NCBI GenBank assembly: GCA_017654855.1
Contig: CM030335.1
Coordinates: forward strand, 1,364,001 to 1,428,000
Direction of reading: 5' to 3'
DNA length: 64,000 bases
Source: Podospora anserina
Lineage: Eukaryota
The notes under the pieces are model-generated. The model did no database searches. It had not been told where the DNA came from and saw only the letters and a program-made list of their open reading frames with translations. Both the position numbers and the translations under genes were made by a program. How positions within the stretch are numbered: position 1 is the first letter of the stretch; each line of letters starts with the position of its first letter. Shown here in pieces: positions 37,143 through 49,056 of this stretch.

Positions 37143-38636
37143 ATGGCCAGAGACCAAGTTCTACCTTCAGAGATTCAAGAAACCGCACTACTTCAACTGC
37201 TTGCCAATTCCCTAGTCCTTTCCCAAACAGCTCCGTACCTGTCCTGCTACGATGTCTTGAATCTGGCTGCCACTTCGCGCGCATTTCGTTTCCTGATCTA
37301 CCATACCCCGCAAGTCTTCCGCCGCCTGAATTTGGGCAACGTCAAGACAGCCCAGTTTGACAGTGATGCCGTTGACCGGGGTGGCGAGACCTGGCGCAAT
37401 GTTCAGCTTGACGAAATCTTGACTGAGGACGAGTGAGTCTGTTATCTCCGTGCATGGTCCGACGGGAGGCTGACCTCATGTTCCCCTGCCAGTTTCTATT
37501 CGAGGCCTCTGAGAGGCATCTTCTCCAACCTCCGACGGCATGACATCCTTCGGGATGTGCAGGTTTTGACCCTTGATGGTCTTTCTGTCACTGCCGAGCT
37601 CATCCACGACATCCTCATTGATCCGGCATTTTCAGTTCGCATTCTATCGATCCGCGATGTCAAGAATCTGAATGAACGAAAGCTCCAAAAGACACTGCAA
37701 TATGCGTGCCGGGAGTCCAGACCTGAGGGCACACCGCGGCTCAAGGGTCTCTATGTGTTTGGTCCGAAGGATCCGGTACCTGAGGCGGCTCCTCCTCAGG
37801 AGAGCTCCCGGAGCCCTTCACCTACCAGTCCGGCCGCGGTAGCAGCAGCCTGGAACACGCGAAGCCAACAAACACTGACGGCTTCTCTCATTGAGGAACC
37901 TGAGGCGTGGTATTTTCGCCGTGGCAGCCAGTTTCCGTGTCGGATCAACCCCGACTGGGCCTCTACGCTTGTGGCCTGTGATGGCATAGTTGCATTTGAT
38001 TCAGTTCTTTGCACCAGCCCCAGGCATATCAACTCGCTGGCATGGGGCAAGGTTAACCTCGATGTTCTGAAAGCCGCGGGCTCCCCAGCATCTGCATTGA
38101 TCCCTCACTTCAACGTGGCCACTCACAGTCTCGGTGGCTGTGAGGGATGTGGCTCTGCACCCGAAGGTTTTACAGTGTGGGGAGAAGACATCTATCCAGA
38201 AGAAAGAAATACTGAGGGAAGAAGGTCTAGTCATACTTCCATGGCCGACATTGGGAGGTTCCCGCTGCTGCCCCCGCCTCCGATGCATTCTTCGACCCTG
38301 AGCGCTGCAATGTGTCCGACTGGCCAGGCGGTCCGGCACCGACTTTCTTACCTGAGAAAGGGAAACCAGAACAAGGCGCGCTTCATCCCACGCTGTTTTG
38401 ACTGCATTAGAGACAGGTACTGCGCCGGGTGCAACAAATGGTGGTGCGAGACGTGCTATGTCGGGGCGTTTGCAGGATCATCCGGTGGCCATGCTGGATT
38501 GAATTCAGGGGACCATGTAAGCAACCCCCCACCATTACCGGAGAGAACGACAACAGAGACTCGGGGCCCAAGATACTGGACGGGTTTTGCGCCGATGGAA
38601 AGTGCTCGCTCTACCGTTTCTCGACCGGTTCTGTGA
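37143..38636 (+). CDS. F-box-like protein with Cys-rich C-terminus; intron 37433-37492; 3' end may be spliced (alternative stop 38662)
   Basis: N-terminal PYLSCYDVLNLAATSRAFR (F-box-like), LRR-like VQVLTLDGL and VRILSIRD, CFDCIRDRYCAGCNKWWCETC. Confidence 0.7.
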
Positions 38637-38803
38637 CTGCCGGCAGCGAGCAACCTGCATAAAGCCAGAGAGCTGGCTGTCGAGCATTCTAGCTGGACCC
38701 AGATGCGCGGAGCGAGCCCTGCCATCCAAAGATCCCATGGGTATGCGGTGACGTGGTACAAAAAGGTCCATGTCCCTTTGGGCTTTGCGCTTTTGTTGTC
38801 CTC

Positions 38804-38840
38804 GTTGTTGTTGTTGTTGTTGTTGTTGTTGTTATTGTTG
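38804..38840. repeat. (GTT)n microsatellite, about 12 units
   Basis: Ten perfect GTT units followed by ATT GTT. Confidence 0.92.
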
Positions 38841-39329
38841 TGTTGTCTTGACCAGTGATGCACGCAGAAACGCACCCTGATTTGCAGTTACTGACTGTTT
38901 TTTAACAGCCCCCGGTCCTGAAGAGTTGTTGGGAATGCGGCATGAACGTAGGCTGACCTTTGATGCAAGGCCTATTTCCAGAGGTTCTTCAACTGACACC
39001 CAGCTAGTGCAAAGACTGCATTGAAAGCACACAGCGGATGTGCACAAGATGCGGTGGTGGATACTGCCTCATCCACAATGAAGGATCTGATATGACTTCT
39101 GTAAGTTCCATTCCGGCCCCCCATGACTGAGACCAAATAATTAACTATTTCTTCCAGTGTGATTGTAAGCCTTTCTTTAGTGTCTAGAACACATCGCTGT
39201 CATCTTGACCTGTTGGAGTAACTTTACTAAACTACCAATGTTGTAGGGTGTGTAGGACGAAGCAGACAATTCCGGGAGCTCTACTGAGAGTTTGCGAGCT
39301 TTCTTGGGCTTCTATTCTACGCCCAGATG

Positions 39330-40230
39330 TTTTGAACCTTCTAGTATTGGAAACACTCCCCTCTCGGGTCCATACCTAACAACAGCCCGGTCATCAGATT
39401 AGATTCCTCTTTTGCTCGGACCTAACTGGCGTTCCCGGTCCCACAACTCCGCTCTTCCCTTTCTTTTCCATATCATTGTCTGAAACGATATGGTTCCTTG
39501 GTACAATCGGTACTTGTATTTGGAGGCCACAAGATAACACAAGGGAAAGCAGGTCGCTTGACGACTTTCAACTGTATTTATCTCAGCTCTGTATGATTGA
39601 TGATCAAATGATACCCTACCAGCGTGACCCCAAAGGAATCACTTTGTGACTCTTCATGCCACCGTGCCAAAATTGCCGATAGCACCACATGAGAAGTTTG
39701 CTATTACAATTTGTGATGTTCACTGGCATTGCTTGATCTCCGTGTGCTTTGACCTGATGAATCCCTATGCCAGCTGCACTTCATCGCGGCACTCTTGTGA
39801 AACCTGGACGAGTCTAAGATAAGAATACTCTGTCACAGAGAAATATTTTCAGGAGTGTCTAGGAGACCCCAATGGCAATTTTCTGATAGAAGGTCATCTT
39901 GAGAGAAAACCATCACGGCGTGGACAAAATAACTGGCACTGCAAAAGTGATTATACCTCAAAAGATAGCCAATAGATCTAAAAAATGTAGGATCCCTATT
40001 TTCTTTTTATCAAGGTACAAATTGATAATGATCATCCATCTTACTGACTTGTAGAACCAATCATTTTATCCAGAGCTTGACCATCTACGTGATGCGATGA
40101 TATTTACCCCTGACTTTCGTGCACTGGCCATCTCCCATCAAAAGATGTCTCACATCTGCTAGATATGAACCCCTATGCAGACAACAGATGAAAATTGACA
40201 GAGAGGGTCATCATTGCTCAGAGATAAAAG
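39330..40230 (+). pseudogene. Degraded gene relic related to the one at 11.7-14.8 kb; boundaries approximate
   Basis: ORF-free AT-richer tract; exact 19-mer shared with 14327-14345; fragments LETLPS and SALPFLFHIIV resemble an F-box N-terminus. Confidence 0.25.
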
Positions 40231-40796
40231 AAAAAACTTGCTCTTTTCCATTCAATGAATGACCTGTATGACGTCTCTCATCATTCCGGTTGCATCACCT
40301 GACAAGCCACACTTGCATAAACACATCTGCCCAATGACAAGCTGAAAGGTACATCATATAAAGCCACCCCCTGCATGTATAGTGACCAAGACAAAACAAT
40401 AACAGAAACCTAATATGAGACCCCTATTATCGTTACACTTCACAACACCACAAGGCTGATATCCAACTCCCAAAATCAGTATCCCTGACAGGACAAGACA
40501 AAAGATGCAACCAAGTCCCCTCCCAAGATCCTAAAAGATTTCAAAACAACCCAAACTTGAGCTGCCAGAATTATACTAGCCAGATATAAAAAGAAAAGGA
40601 AAGAAAGGTATCTTAAATAAGCCCTTAACCCACCACCTGCCGCCCTAACCATTTCCAAAAACCCAGTAGGTAATCAATTCCATGACTTCCAAAACAAAAA
40701 ACAAAGATATGTCGATCGAAAAAGGAAAACAAAACCCCCTTAATCCCATTAACCCCCCAGCATCCCCTTCAAAAGGAGAAAAGAAAGGAAAAACCC

Positions 40797-41849
40797 TTAA
40801 AGCGAGAAAGAAACCGAATTGGCATTGTCATACTCTGTCGAATTGCACAAACTCGGAATCTGGTACTGCGTCGCGCCCAGAATCCCAAGGTTGCCGCCCG
40901 TCGTGCGTGTGGCATATGAGTCCTCAAACCAAGTCGTGTCGAACCTGGGAAAGCCGGCGAGGCTCGATCCATAGTAGGGCCTCTCCACGACCCAGTCTGC
41001 GTCCTTGCGGGCAAGGGTCGGGCCCGAAGTCACGTTGACGATGACTTGTTCGTCCTGGCTGACGTTGTCGAATTTGCTAGGGAAGAGGTGTTGGTTTTGA
41101 TCATGTGGAAGGAATGAAGGAAGGAAAAAGGCTCACATGGTGGCTGCGGTGTCAGATGTTGTATTGATTGTGACTTCGATCCAGTCTCCTACGGCGACTA
41201 TAGGTGGAGAGCAAACACGTCACGTTAGCAAAAGGAGTTCACATCTCAGGTGATAAGGGCAGGCAGGGCAGAGCAAGACTTACGGGGCATGGTCGAGATG
41301 GTAAATGCAGTGTCAGGAACCCATTGCCACCAAGCTTCGTGTCTGGAACAGTGAATTAGCAAGCTGATACTCGATCCATTCAGTCTACGATTTCAAAGAG
41401 TAAACTCACCTTGTGGCGGAAGTGGAAGTGTCAATCTTACAGACAGTGCCCGACTGCAGCAGGGCCGAGGGCCATGTGTTGCCGTCAATGCCGATCCAGA
41501 CAGCAGCGGCTTGGGGATAGGTTTGGCCCGTTCTTTTGGTACAGCCCGGAACCTGCCAGAAGGAATGGATGCTCTTGATCTTGTTGGTGGTCGGCGAGTG
41601 GTTTACGGCACCGCACCAGTTGGCGCTGCTCGAGATGGGGTTGGCTCTCTTCTTCTTGATCTTGGTAGGGGCAGGCTGGACAGCACCCGGACCGTTGTTC
41701 TTGCTACGACCAAACTGGTAGGGTGCGAACTTGATCTGCTCCTTGGGGATGGGTACACCCTTTCGGGTACCCGTTACCTCGTACTTGAGGGCGGTGGCAT
41801 TTTCAAGGAGAAGGGCCAAGCCGAGGAGAAGCAACTGAAACCACCTCAT
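40797..41849 (-). CDS. Secreted glutamic peptidase, family G1 (eqolisin/aspergillopepsin II-like), 3 introns
   Basis: Signal peptide, KR propeptide site, SANWCGAV, AVWIGIDG, LLQSGT (catalytic Gln), ADWVVERP (catalytic Glu). Confidence 0.9.
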
Positions 41850-44800
41850 GGCGACGATAGAGGGGGTTGGGCAAGTGGAAAAGAGAGGTCGAGCAATATA
41901 AAATAGAGTGCAAAGTATAGAGCCGAGCAACGCCAGGAGATAGGCGAGGTGGTAGTTGGATGCAGTTCGGGTGAAAGTTTGAGGTTTGTGGCCTTATCAA
42001 AACTTCATATTGGGCGGAAGGATTGGGTGGCTTGGGGGGAGGTTATTATATCCTCTTGCTTTCGGGGGAAGGGTTTTGAAGGAACACGAAGACCGCGGAC
42101 GGGTTCTTCCCTCGTCTGCTCTGCGCCGACATCCAGTGGGGTTCCTCAAGAGAAAGTGAATGGTTTGGCGGAGCGAGATCAGTTCATCTGAAGTCAAGTC
42201 AGAGTCATAGGCACCTCCACCTACCACACCTTCAAGCACGCCGGGGCCAAGTTTGGCCTTAGACTTGCATGGGATGTAGTCGATATTCCGGGCTAGCCTT
42301 TCCTTTTCCAGATGTATTGCTCTCGGCATCACTCCAGGAACATGGAATCATGCCTGTTGTGTTTCCCCACATTGGCTCCAGGGGAGAGAGGCACATTGAT
42401 GACTGGGTTTCCTCGGCCAAAGACGAAGTGTGCCCCGAGGAGCTGGTCGATCACAAGGTTAGCGCGGGTGAAGAGGAAGCGAGCTGCAGTCAGGGGCGAG
42501 GTTCTAGGCCAGGAATGGTGTGAAACATACATTGCTGCGACTAGCTGCTACTTGTTGTATCTGGGAGGACGCCAACCTCAACACTTCCGGACGGCCTCTC
42601 AGCTTCCCATCTCGCAAAACACAACCTATGGGTATGGAAAATAACGGCAACGGCAGTGAGAAAATCAACACGGACTGTCTCGGAATGGCAACGTCTGCGG
42701 CACGCAACGCTCAGTACGAACCGAACCAGCCGGAGGCTTCGAAAGAAGGTTCCATCCAGCTTACCCTTGCACCACATCCAGAATCCTTCCTTCACTCCTT
42801 CAAAACTGGGCTTCTTCCTTCAGCACCCCTACCCCTGCCCCCAGACCGGTGCGGATTCCAGGTTTTCGGACGAGTTGAAGGGTATCGACGGTGTTGACGG
42901 TAGGGGGGGAGGGGCGGTGCGGTGCAGAAAGACTGCCAAGGTCCAAGCCTGCTCTGTGCCGCAACCGTTCCTGTCAGACAGGGCGATGTGATGTGGATAT
43001 CAAAGAGGCACTCAATGACACATGGGAACAAGAAAGAGGAACGGTTCTCGTGTGGCGCAAAGGCCGTGAGCTGGGCATCCAGGCCTTCTTGACGCATTTT
43101 GACGCAAATTTTCCTTTCTCAGCAAAGCGTAATCCGACACTACTGCGTGGCAGAGGTAGCTAAATGTGACGTGATGTCGGTAGTAGTCCAGTATCGGACG
43201 TAATAGGGAGGTAGACAGGCCTTGGTAGGCTTGGGAGGCGTTCGGAGGCTTGGGGAGGTAGGGTGTCTTGGGACTGACTACCCTAGGTAGCGTCGAGGTA
43301 GTGTCGGATGTAGAGTCCACAGCGTGGGGTGTAGCAGGGCGGCTGACGATGCCAGAGTAGTATTAGCCCCCAGTTTCTCCCGCGAACTATTGGGAGTGTG
43401 CGTGGTGGTGGCCACGTTCTGGCATGGCCAAGTGCTGTGCGGGGTCGGAGTGTGAGGCCTGTGATTCGGTGAGTCGAGGGCACTCGATCCAGACGGGTGA
43501 TCTTCCTGCGCATGCAGCCAGCGATGATGGGGGAGGAGGTTGAGGAGGAAGTGGAAGGTTGAATAAGTTGAAAGCGCGTGATGCGTGATGCGAGGCGTCT
43601 GCAGTCTGCAGCGAGCCCGTTGGAAATTCGCTCGAGATTTCTTGGTGGTATCGGAGAGACAATAGATTGGCTGATCTGCCTTGCCCAGCTGCATGGCTGC
43701 AAGGTCCCCGTCCTCGCTACTTCCCTTCTCAGCTCCACCATCTCCAAGTGACATCTTGTCAATCTTGACACCTTCCGCGAGCAAAAGCTGGCACTCTGGC
43801 CGGGAAGAGACAGTGCCGGCCATGCCGAATGCATGTTCGCTATTAGGCAACCGCAGGGTTGGATACTACCCAGACCGTCAGCACGTTGCAGGCAGGGATG
43901 CATGTTAGTTTTCAAGGGGGGGTTGCAATCGTATTCAATGCCCAGGTCGGATACAAGTACCGTACCATAGACCAGACTCAGCCTTAACCTCCCCAGTCGT
44001 CACATTCTCCATTCTCCATTCGCCGGGGCGAAGGGCACTCGATTGACGTCGGTGAACACACCATGATCGCTGGACCGAACATTTCCGCGAGCCCTCCACT
44101 GTCTCGATTCCAAGAGCCGTTTTATTGTATGCGCCGTGGCTTGAAGGGCTGAGAGGTAGAGGGGGGTGCGGGTGGGTCATGAGCAAGCGCTGAGAGTACA
44201 TACATGTATGGAAGTCGAGGTGATAGCCGTGATGTAACCGCACAATTCAAAGATGGGATGAACCAGAGCGAACCAATCAGGTGTTGCAAAACCTCGTCAA
44301 TCTTCCCGTATCGCTTCTCGGGGACTTCTACAAGAGGCCAGCGTGGATGCGTGCAGGGCCAAGAGAGTCACGGGAAGCTCCGGGCTCAGTCTTGATAATC
44401 AGGAAAATGGCTGAAGAATCTTGGTATCTCGAAAAGACAGTCAGTTGGGGGAAACGGTTCAAAGCGTTGAACGGGACGCTGATTCGTCATCCATCCTTTC
44501 AGTTGCCATTGGTCATGCTCCTGTTGTATTATCGACCGTGCAGTACGTGCCGCCCCACCATCAACCACTTCCTTCGTCTGTTCACTGACTGTCCGGCTCC
44601 CCTCGCTTTGGCTTCGTTCAGCCAGCTTCGTCAGACGACACGGCGAGGACCCTTTGATTCAGTAAGACACCACACGAGATTGTCATGAGGCAGAGTGAGT
44701 GGAAGAGCTGGGCGCCTATGCGAGTTTACGGACCGTATCCAGTGTGTCTGAAACCTGCATATTCCTTGGGGGCTTTGTTGGCTGACAATGTTGAATACTG

Positions 44801-45107
44801 CCCTCTCTTGCCATGTTCAGGTGGTCTTGGTAGTCAGCAGTATGGTGTGAAGTATCGAAATGGGCAGTCTTTGGCGAGACTCTAATTCGGTCAGAAGATG
44901 GTGTTGAGAGCTCGTTAAGTTTTGGAACTGCCGTCCCATGAGATCCGATCAAGATATCCTTTTTGGCGGCCATCGCTTTCAGAGTATCAGGGACTACTAT
45001 ATTCCGATCTCGGCACATCCGTGATCTCGGAAGTGTATGATAATGCCAACAAAACCAGAAATACCAATCAAAATAATCAAAGAGAAAAAAGATAGGTCAT
45101 CGATTAA

Positions 45108-46844
45108 TCATTTCTTCTCGACCTCATCCGTCATGGCCTTTCCGGTAATGACATTTTCTTCGCCAACCTGAGGCGGTTCCAAGTCACCCAAATCAGCATT
45201 CCGGTTTCCATACCTCCCAATTTTGTACCAAGGCAGTGAGAATAGCGAGTCCATGCTCTCCAAGCTTTGACCTGCCGTCTCCGGCACCATGCAAAACACC
45301 CATACCGCACCAAGAATGGTAACGATGGCAAAGGACCAAAATGTCCCCTTTGGTGAGATGCCTCCCAGTTCCAACTGGAGAAGCATGTTTGGCACAGCCC
45401 GTGTATTCCCGTATTGGTTGGCAAAATGAAACGACATGGCGAGTGAGGTGCAAAAAGCCCGGATTCTCAAGGGGAAAAGCTCCGCCGTGAGTAGATATTG
45501 CATGCTGTTCCATCCCAACGCCCAACCGAAGCCTGAAATGTAGATCATAGCAATCGCACCCTTGGAAAGTCCTGACTGCGAGGGGCTGAGGAGATAGCCC
45601 TCTTGTATGCCCAACTCGGGGACTGCAGTGAGGAAAACGGCAACGTAGATCATCGACACAGCCTGCAAGGTGATGCCAATAAGCAGCGAGCGCTTTCGGC
45701 CGATGAAGTCGACGAGGAAGAGGGTGCATACCACGGCGGCAGTGAGCTTAACGATGCCAAACACGGCTGTCACCCGAAGCGTCCTGTCTGTTCCAGTTAT
45801 CCCAAGAATGTTGAACAGGTCTGGGGCGTAGAGTGTGATAGAACCAGCACCAGGCCATTGTGACAGTATCTGTGCGCAGATGGTGAGGCATACGCGGTAG
45901 AGGTTCGTTGGGACAGTGAATGCCTCCTTCAAGATTCCCATCCATCCAGATCCCACAGTTGCCTCCATCTCTTCCAAATGGCTTGACGTGATGGCGCTGA
46001 TCTCCTGAGTTACATAGTCATGTTCTGGGGACAGGTTTCGAAGACAAGCCATGACATGAATGGCCATCTTATGTTGACCTTGTTTGAGCAGGTAGCGCGG
46101 AGACTCGTACTGAAAGAGGCTTAAAGTAAATATCAAGACTGCAAAGATGAGATGCAAACTTGTCGGCACTTCCCAACGAGCCGCCGTTGTATCACCCAGG
46201 TTGACTTGACAGCCGTAATTCGTAAAGTATGCCAAGACGATGCCCAAGTACACAAAACCGGTGAAGATACATGTACACAACCCCCTGACACTGGCCGGGG
46301 CAATTTCCGCAATGTAGACAGGACCAACAACAGGTGTTTGTCCAACGCCAAGTCCGACGATAAACCGACCAGCATATATGGCGCTCAGATTGCCTTTGGT
46401 TCCCATGAAGATGACAATGCCCAACATCCACAGCAGACAGAGCTGCCGTGTAGCCCAGATGCGTCCGATCCTGTCACAGATAAGGAAGGCGCTGAAGCTC
46501 AAGTCAGCATGACAAACGCGTGACCAGCGACGTGCAGGGTAGTTGGCAGATGGAACCTCGACCTACATCAGAGCACCCCCAACACTCCCTAGTTGAACCA
46601 TGGAGGACACATTGGCTTTGATGTTGGCTTGCTCAACCTCGGTATAGGAGCTGTAATTGATGGTGCCCTGGAAGTGCTTGCTGTTGAAGGCGCCGCTGAT
46701 CAAGCCCTCGTCAACGCCTCGTGCTGCGCCCAAAAGGCCGAAAGAGAACACGGCAAACCATAATCTCCAATTGAAGACTTCTTTTGGTTCGCCCAAATCC
46801 TGGAGCCGGAAGATGTTCACAGGCTTCTTCACGCCCCCCGCCAT
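45108..46844 (-). CDS. Quinate-permease-like sugar porter MFS transporter, 1 intron near 46500-46567
   Basis: GAARGVDEG, DRIGR, VYIAEIAP, ESPRYL, DFIGRKR, AELFPLRIR, VPETAG. Confidence 0.88.
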
Positions 46845-47672
46845 TCTGTGCTGACACGGCAAGACAAAATACGAAGGAGCAGAAAATGAAAAAAAGCAGA
46901 ACGCAGGTAATCCAGATGAAAAAGGAAACTCGTCTGGGAGGATCACACCTACCTAAGTAGTCCATATGAGGTAGGGTGTCTCTTGGGAACACGCAGAGAT
47001 GGTGATACGGTGACATGCTAGGTAGACAGAAGGGGCGTCGATCTGCCCTATCCGACGGCGTGGCCCCATGGCGTCACTGAACCATGGTCCGGCAGTTGAA
47101 CGTCTGCTGCTCGTCGATCTCGTTGATGTAACTTTGTCGGTCTCATTGCGAGTGCAAAGGTGAACGTTGTACTTGTTGTGTGTTACATGTGAATCCCATT
47201 CAGGCAGGTGCTGCAAAACCGAGAAATTTTGTGACTGGCCAGCAAGTCCGGAGCCCGGCCTTGTCTCGGCTATTCATAACGAGGGAACCACACTGGGAGT
47301 TCCATGGGTAGGTAATTCTGGACTTTGCTGAGATCCTTCGCTACGGTAGGTTGTCTGTGGTTCGGCGAGTTGCAAGTTGGCCGCCTTGTCAATGGTGCTG
47401 AGATAGACAGTTGTGGGTTTTTTTTTCCAGCACGGCACTTACAGACAATCGAACGGCTCCGAGAGGTATACTTGATATAAGATAACCGCTGCTAGGGAAT
47501 GATGGTCTCAGGTTGATTTGGACGTTGAAAGAAGCATTTGGTGGCTACTGGTACCCCGGATCTCCAGCAAGGAACTTGACCCATCCCCACATTATTCTCC
47601 GGGCCTATAACCTACCGTCTTAGTGAAGCGGGGCCCGTGTGCCACCGTTTCCCCGTTGGCTTCTTCGACCCA

Positions 47673-48842
47673 ATGGCAACATATGTCAAGAGACCGGCCC
47701 CCTTTCTAACACCCGCCGAGTATCCATCACCCTTGCCCATGTCATCAGTCACAATGGGAGGACTACCAGAATACGTCCATGTCAACCACAGAGATGCCCG
47801 GCTATTTGTCGTCTCGCTCCTCGTAGCCTCTGGAGTATCCCTCCAAAATGCCGAAACCGTCGCCCTGGGTCTAGTCCAAGCCGACCTGCGTGGCGTCGAA
47901 AGCCACGGTATCAACCGTCTGCCATCTTATCTCGCCCGCATTCGCAATGGAGTCCTTGATCCCAAAGCAGAGCCCACTCTCACTCAAATTACTCCGGTTG
48001 TGGCTCAGGTAGATGGTCATAATGGCTTCGGCTTCCCCGCAGCCCACTTGGCGATGAAGACAGCCATCGAGATGGCCAAGACGCTCGGCATTGGAATGGC
48101 CAGCGTCAAGCACAGCAACCACTTTGGCATGTCGGCTTGGATCGTGCAGCAAGCTGTTGACGCCGGGATGATGAGCTTGGTTTTCACCAACTCATCTCCT
48201 GCTCTTCCGGCATGGGGTGGGAAGGAGAAGCTGCTGGGGGTCTCGCCTATTGCCTGTGGTGCGCCGGGCGGTGAAGGGTCGATACCATTCATATTAGATA
48301 TGGCGCCCTCGGTTGCGGCGAGAGGAAAGATTCACAAGGCGAAGAGAAGAGGGGAGAAGATACCGGGGGACTGGGCCTTGGATGCTGAAGGGAGACCAAC
48401 GAATGACCCGGATAAGGCACTCGATGGAGGTGTGATGTTGCCCATGGGTGGACCGAAAGGGTCTGGGTTGGCCATCATGATGGATGTCTTTTCAGGTGTT
48501 CTTTCTGGTTCAGCATTTGCCGGCGGTGTCACTGGACCTTATGACATGTCTCAGCCCGGTGATGTCGGACATTTTCTTGTCGCCATCAAGCCGGACTTGT
48601 TCATGAGCATGGATGAGTTTAAAGGCCGGATGACAACGTTGTATCATCGAGTGGTGAGTTCAAAGAAAATGGAGGGCGTGGAAAGGATATATTTTCCGGG
48701 CGAGATTGAGCTATTGACGGAGAAGAAGAGGCTCGCTGAAGGCATCCCGTTTGTGCAGGCCGAAATTGATGCTCTGAACAAGGAAGCTGAGCTTTTGAAG
48801 GTTGGAAAGATTGGAGAAAGTCTTCGACTTGAGTGCCTGTGA
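47673..48842 (+). CDS. LDH2/MDH2-family (non-Rossmann) NAD(P)H oxidoreductase; start could be 47739 or 47754
   Basis: ADLRGVESHG, VDGHNGFG, SNHFG, LDMAPS, PMGGPKGSGL, YFPGE; intronless. Confidence 0.88.
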   Translation: MATYVKRPAPFLTPAEYPSPLPMSSVTMGGLPEYVHVNHRDARLFVVSLLVASGVSLQNAETVALGLVQADLRGVESHGINRLPSYLARIRNGVLDPKAEPTLTQITPVVAQVDGHNGFGFPAAHLAMKTAIEMAKTLGIGMASVKHSNHFGMSAWIVQQAVDAGMMSLVFTNSSPALPAWGGKEKLLGVSPIACGAPGGEGSIPFILDMAPSVAARGKIHKAKRRGEKIPGDWALDAEGRPTNDPDKALDGGVMLPMGGPKGSGLAIMMDVFSGVLSGSAFAGGVTGPYDMSQPGDVGHFLVAIKPDLFMSMDEFKGRMTTLYHRVVSSKKMEGVERIYFPGEIELLTEKKRLAEGIPFVQAEIDALNKEAELLKVGKIGESLRLECL

Positions 48843-49056
48843 CCCATCGGCTAAAATTGTGCCCAGCGCATCCTTGCTATCAAATGTATAATAGATAGAG
48901 CCTGCCAGTCCCTATTGTTGCGGTTTGTGTAAAGACGATTGAGTGTCCATCAGTCTTGGCATCGTCGGACCGAGCCGGGCCGGCAGCTGCTCTTGACGGG
49001 TCGGTAGGAACCTTTCTGGCTGAGAACGTCAGCTTTCCCACTGCATACAAGATGCG

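Noticed and set aside
38456..38875. Poly-Asn ORF as a prion-like protein
   Set aside because: Translation of the (GTT)n microsatellite antisense to a 3' region; no other coding evidence
42000..45100. Many 60-210 aa ORFs
   Set aside because: None shows recognisable homology or a consistent splice structure
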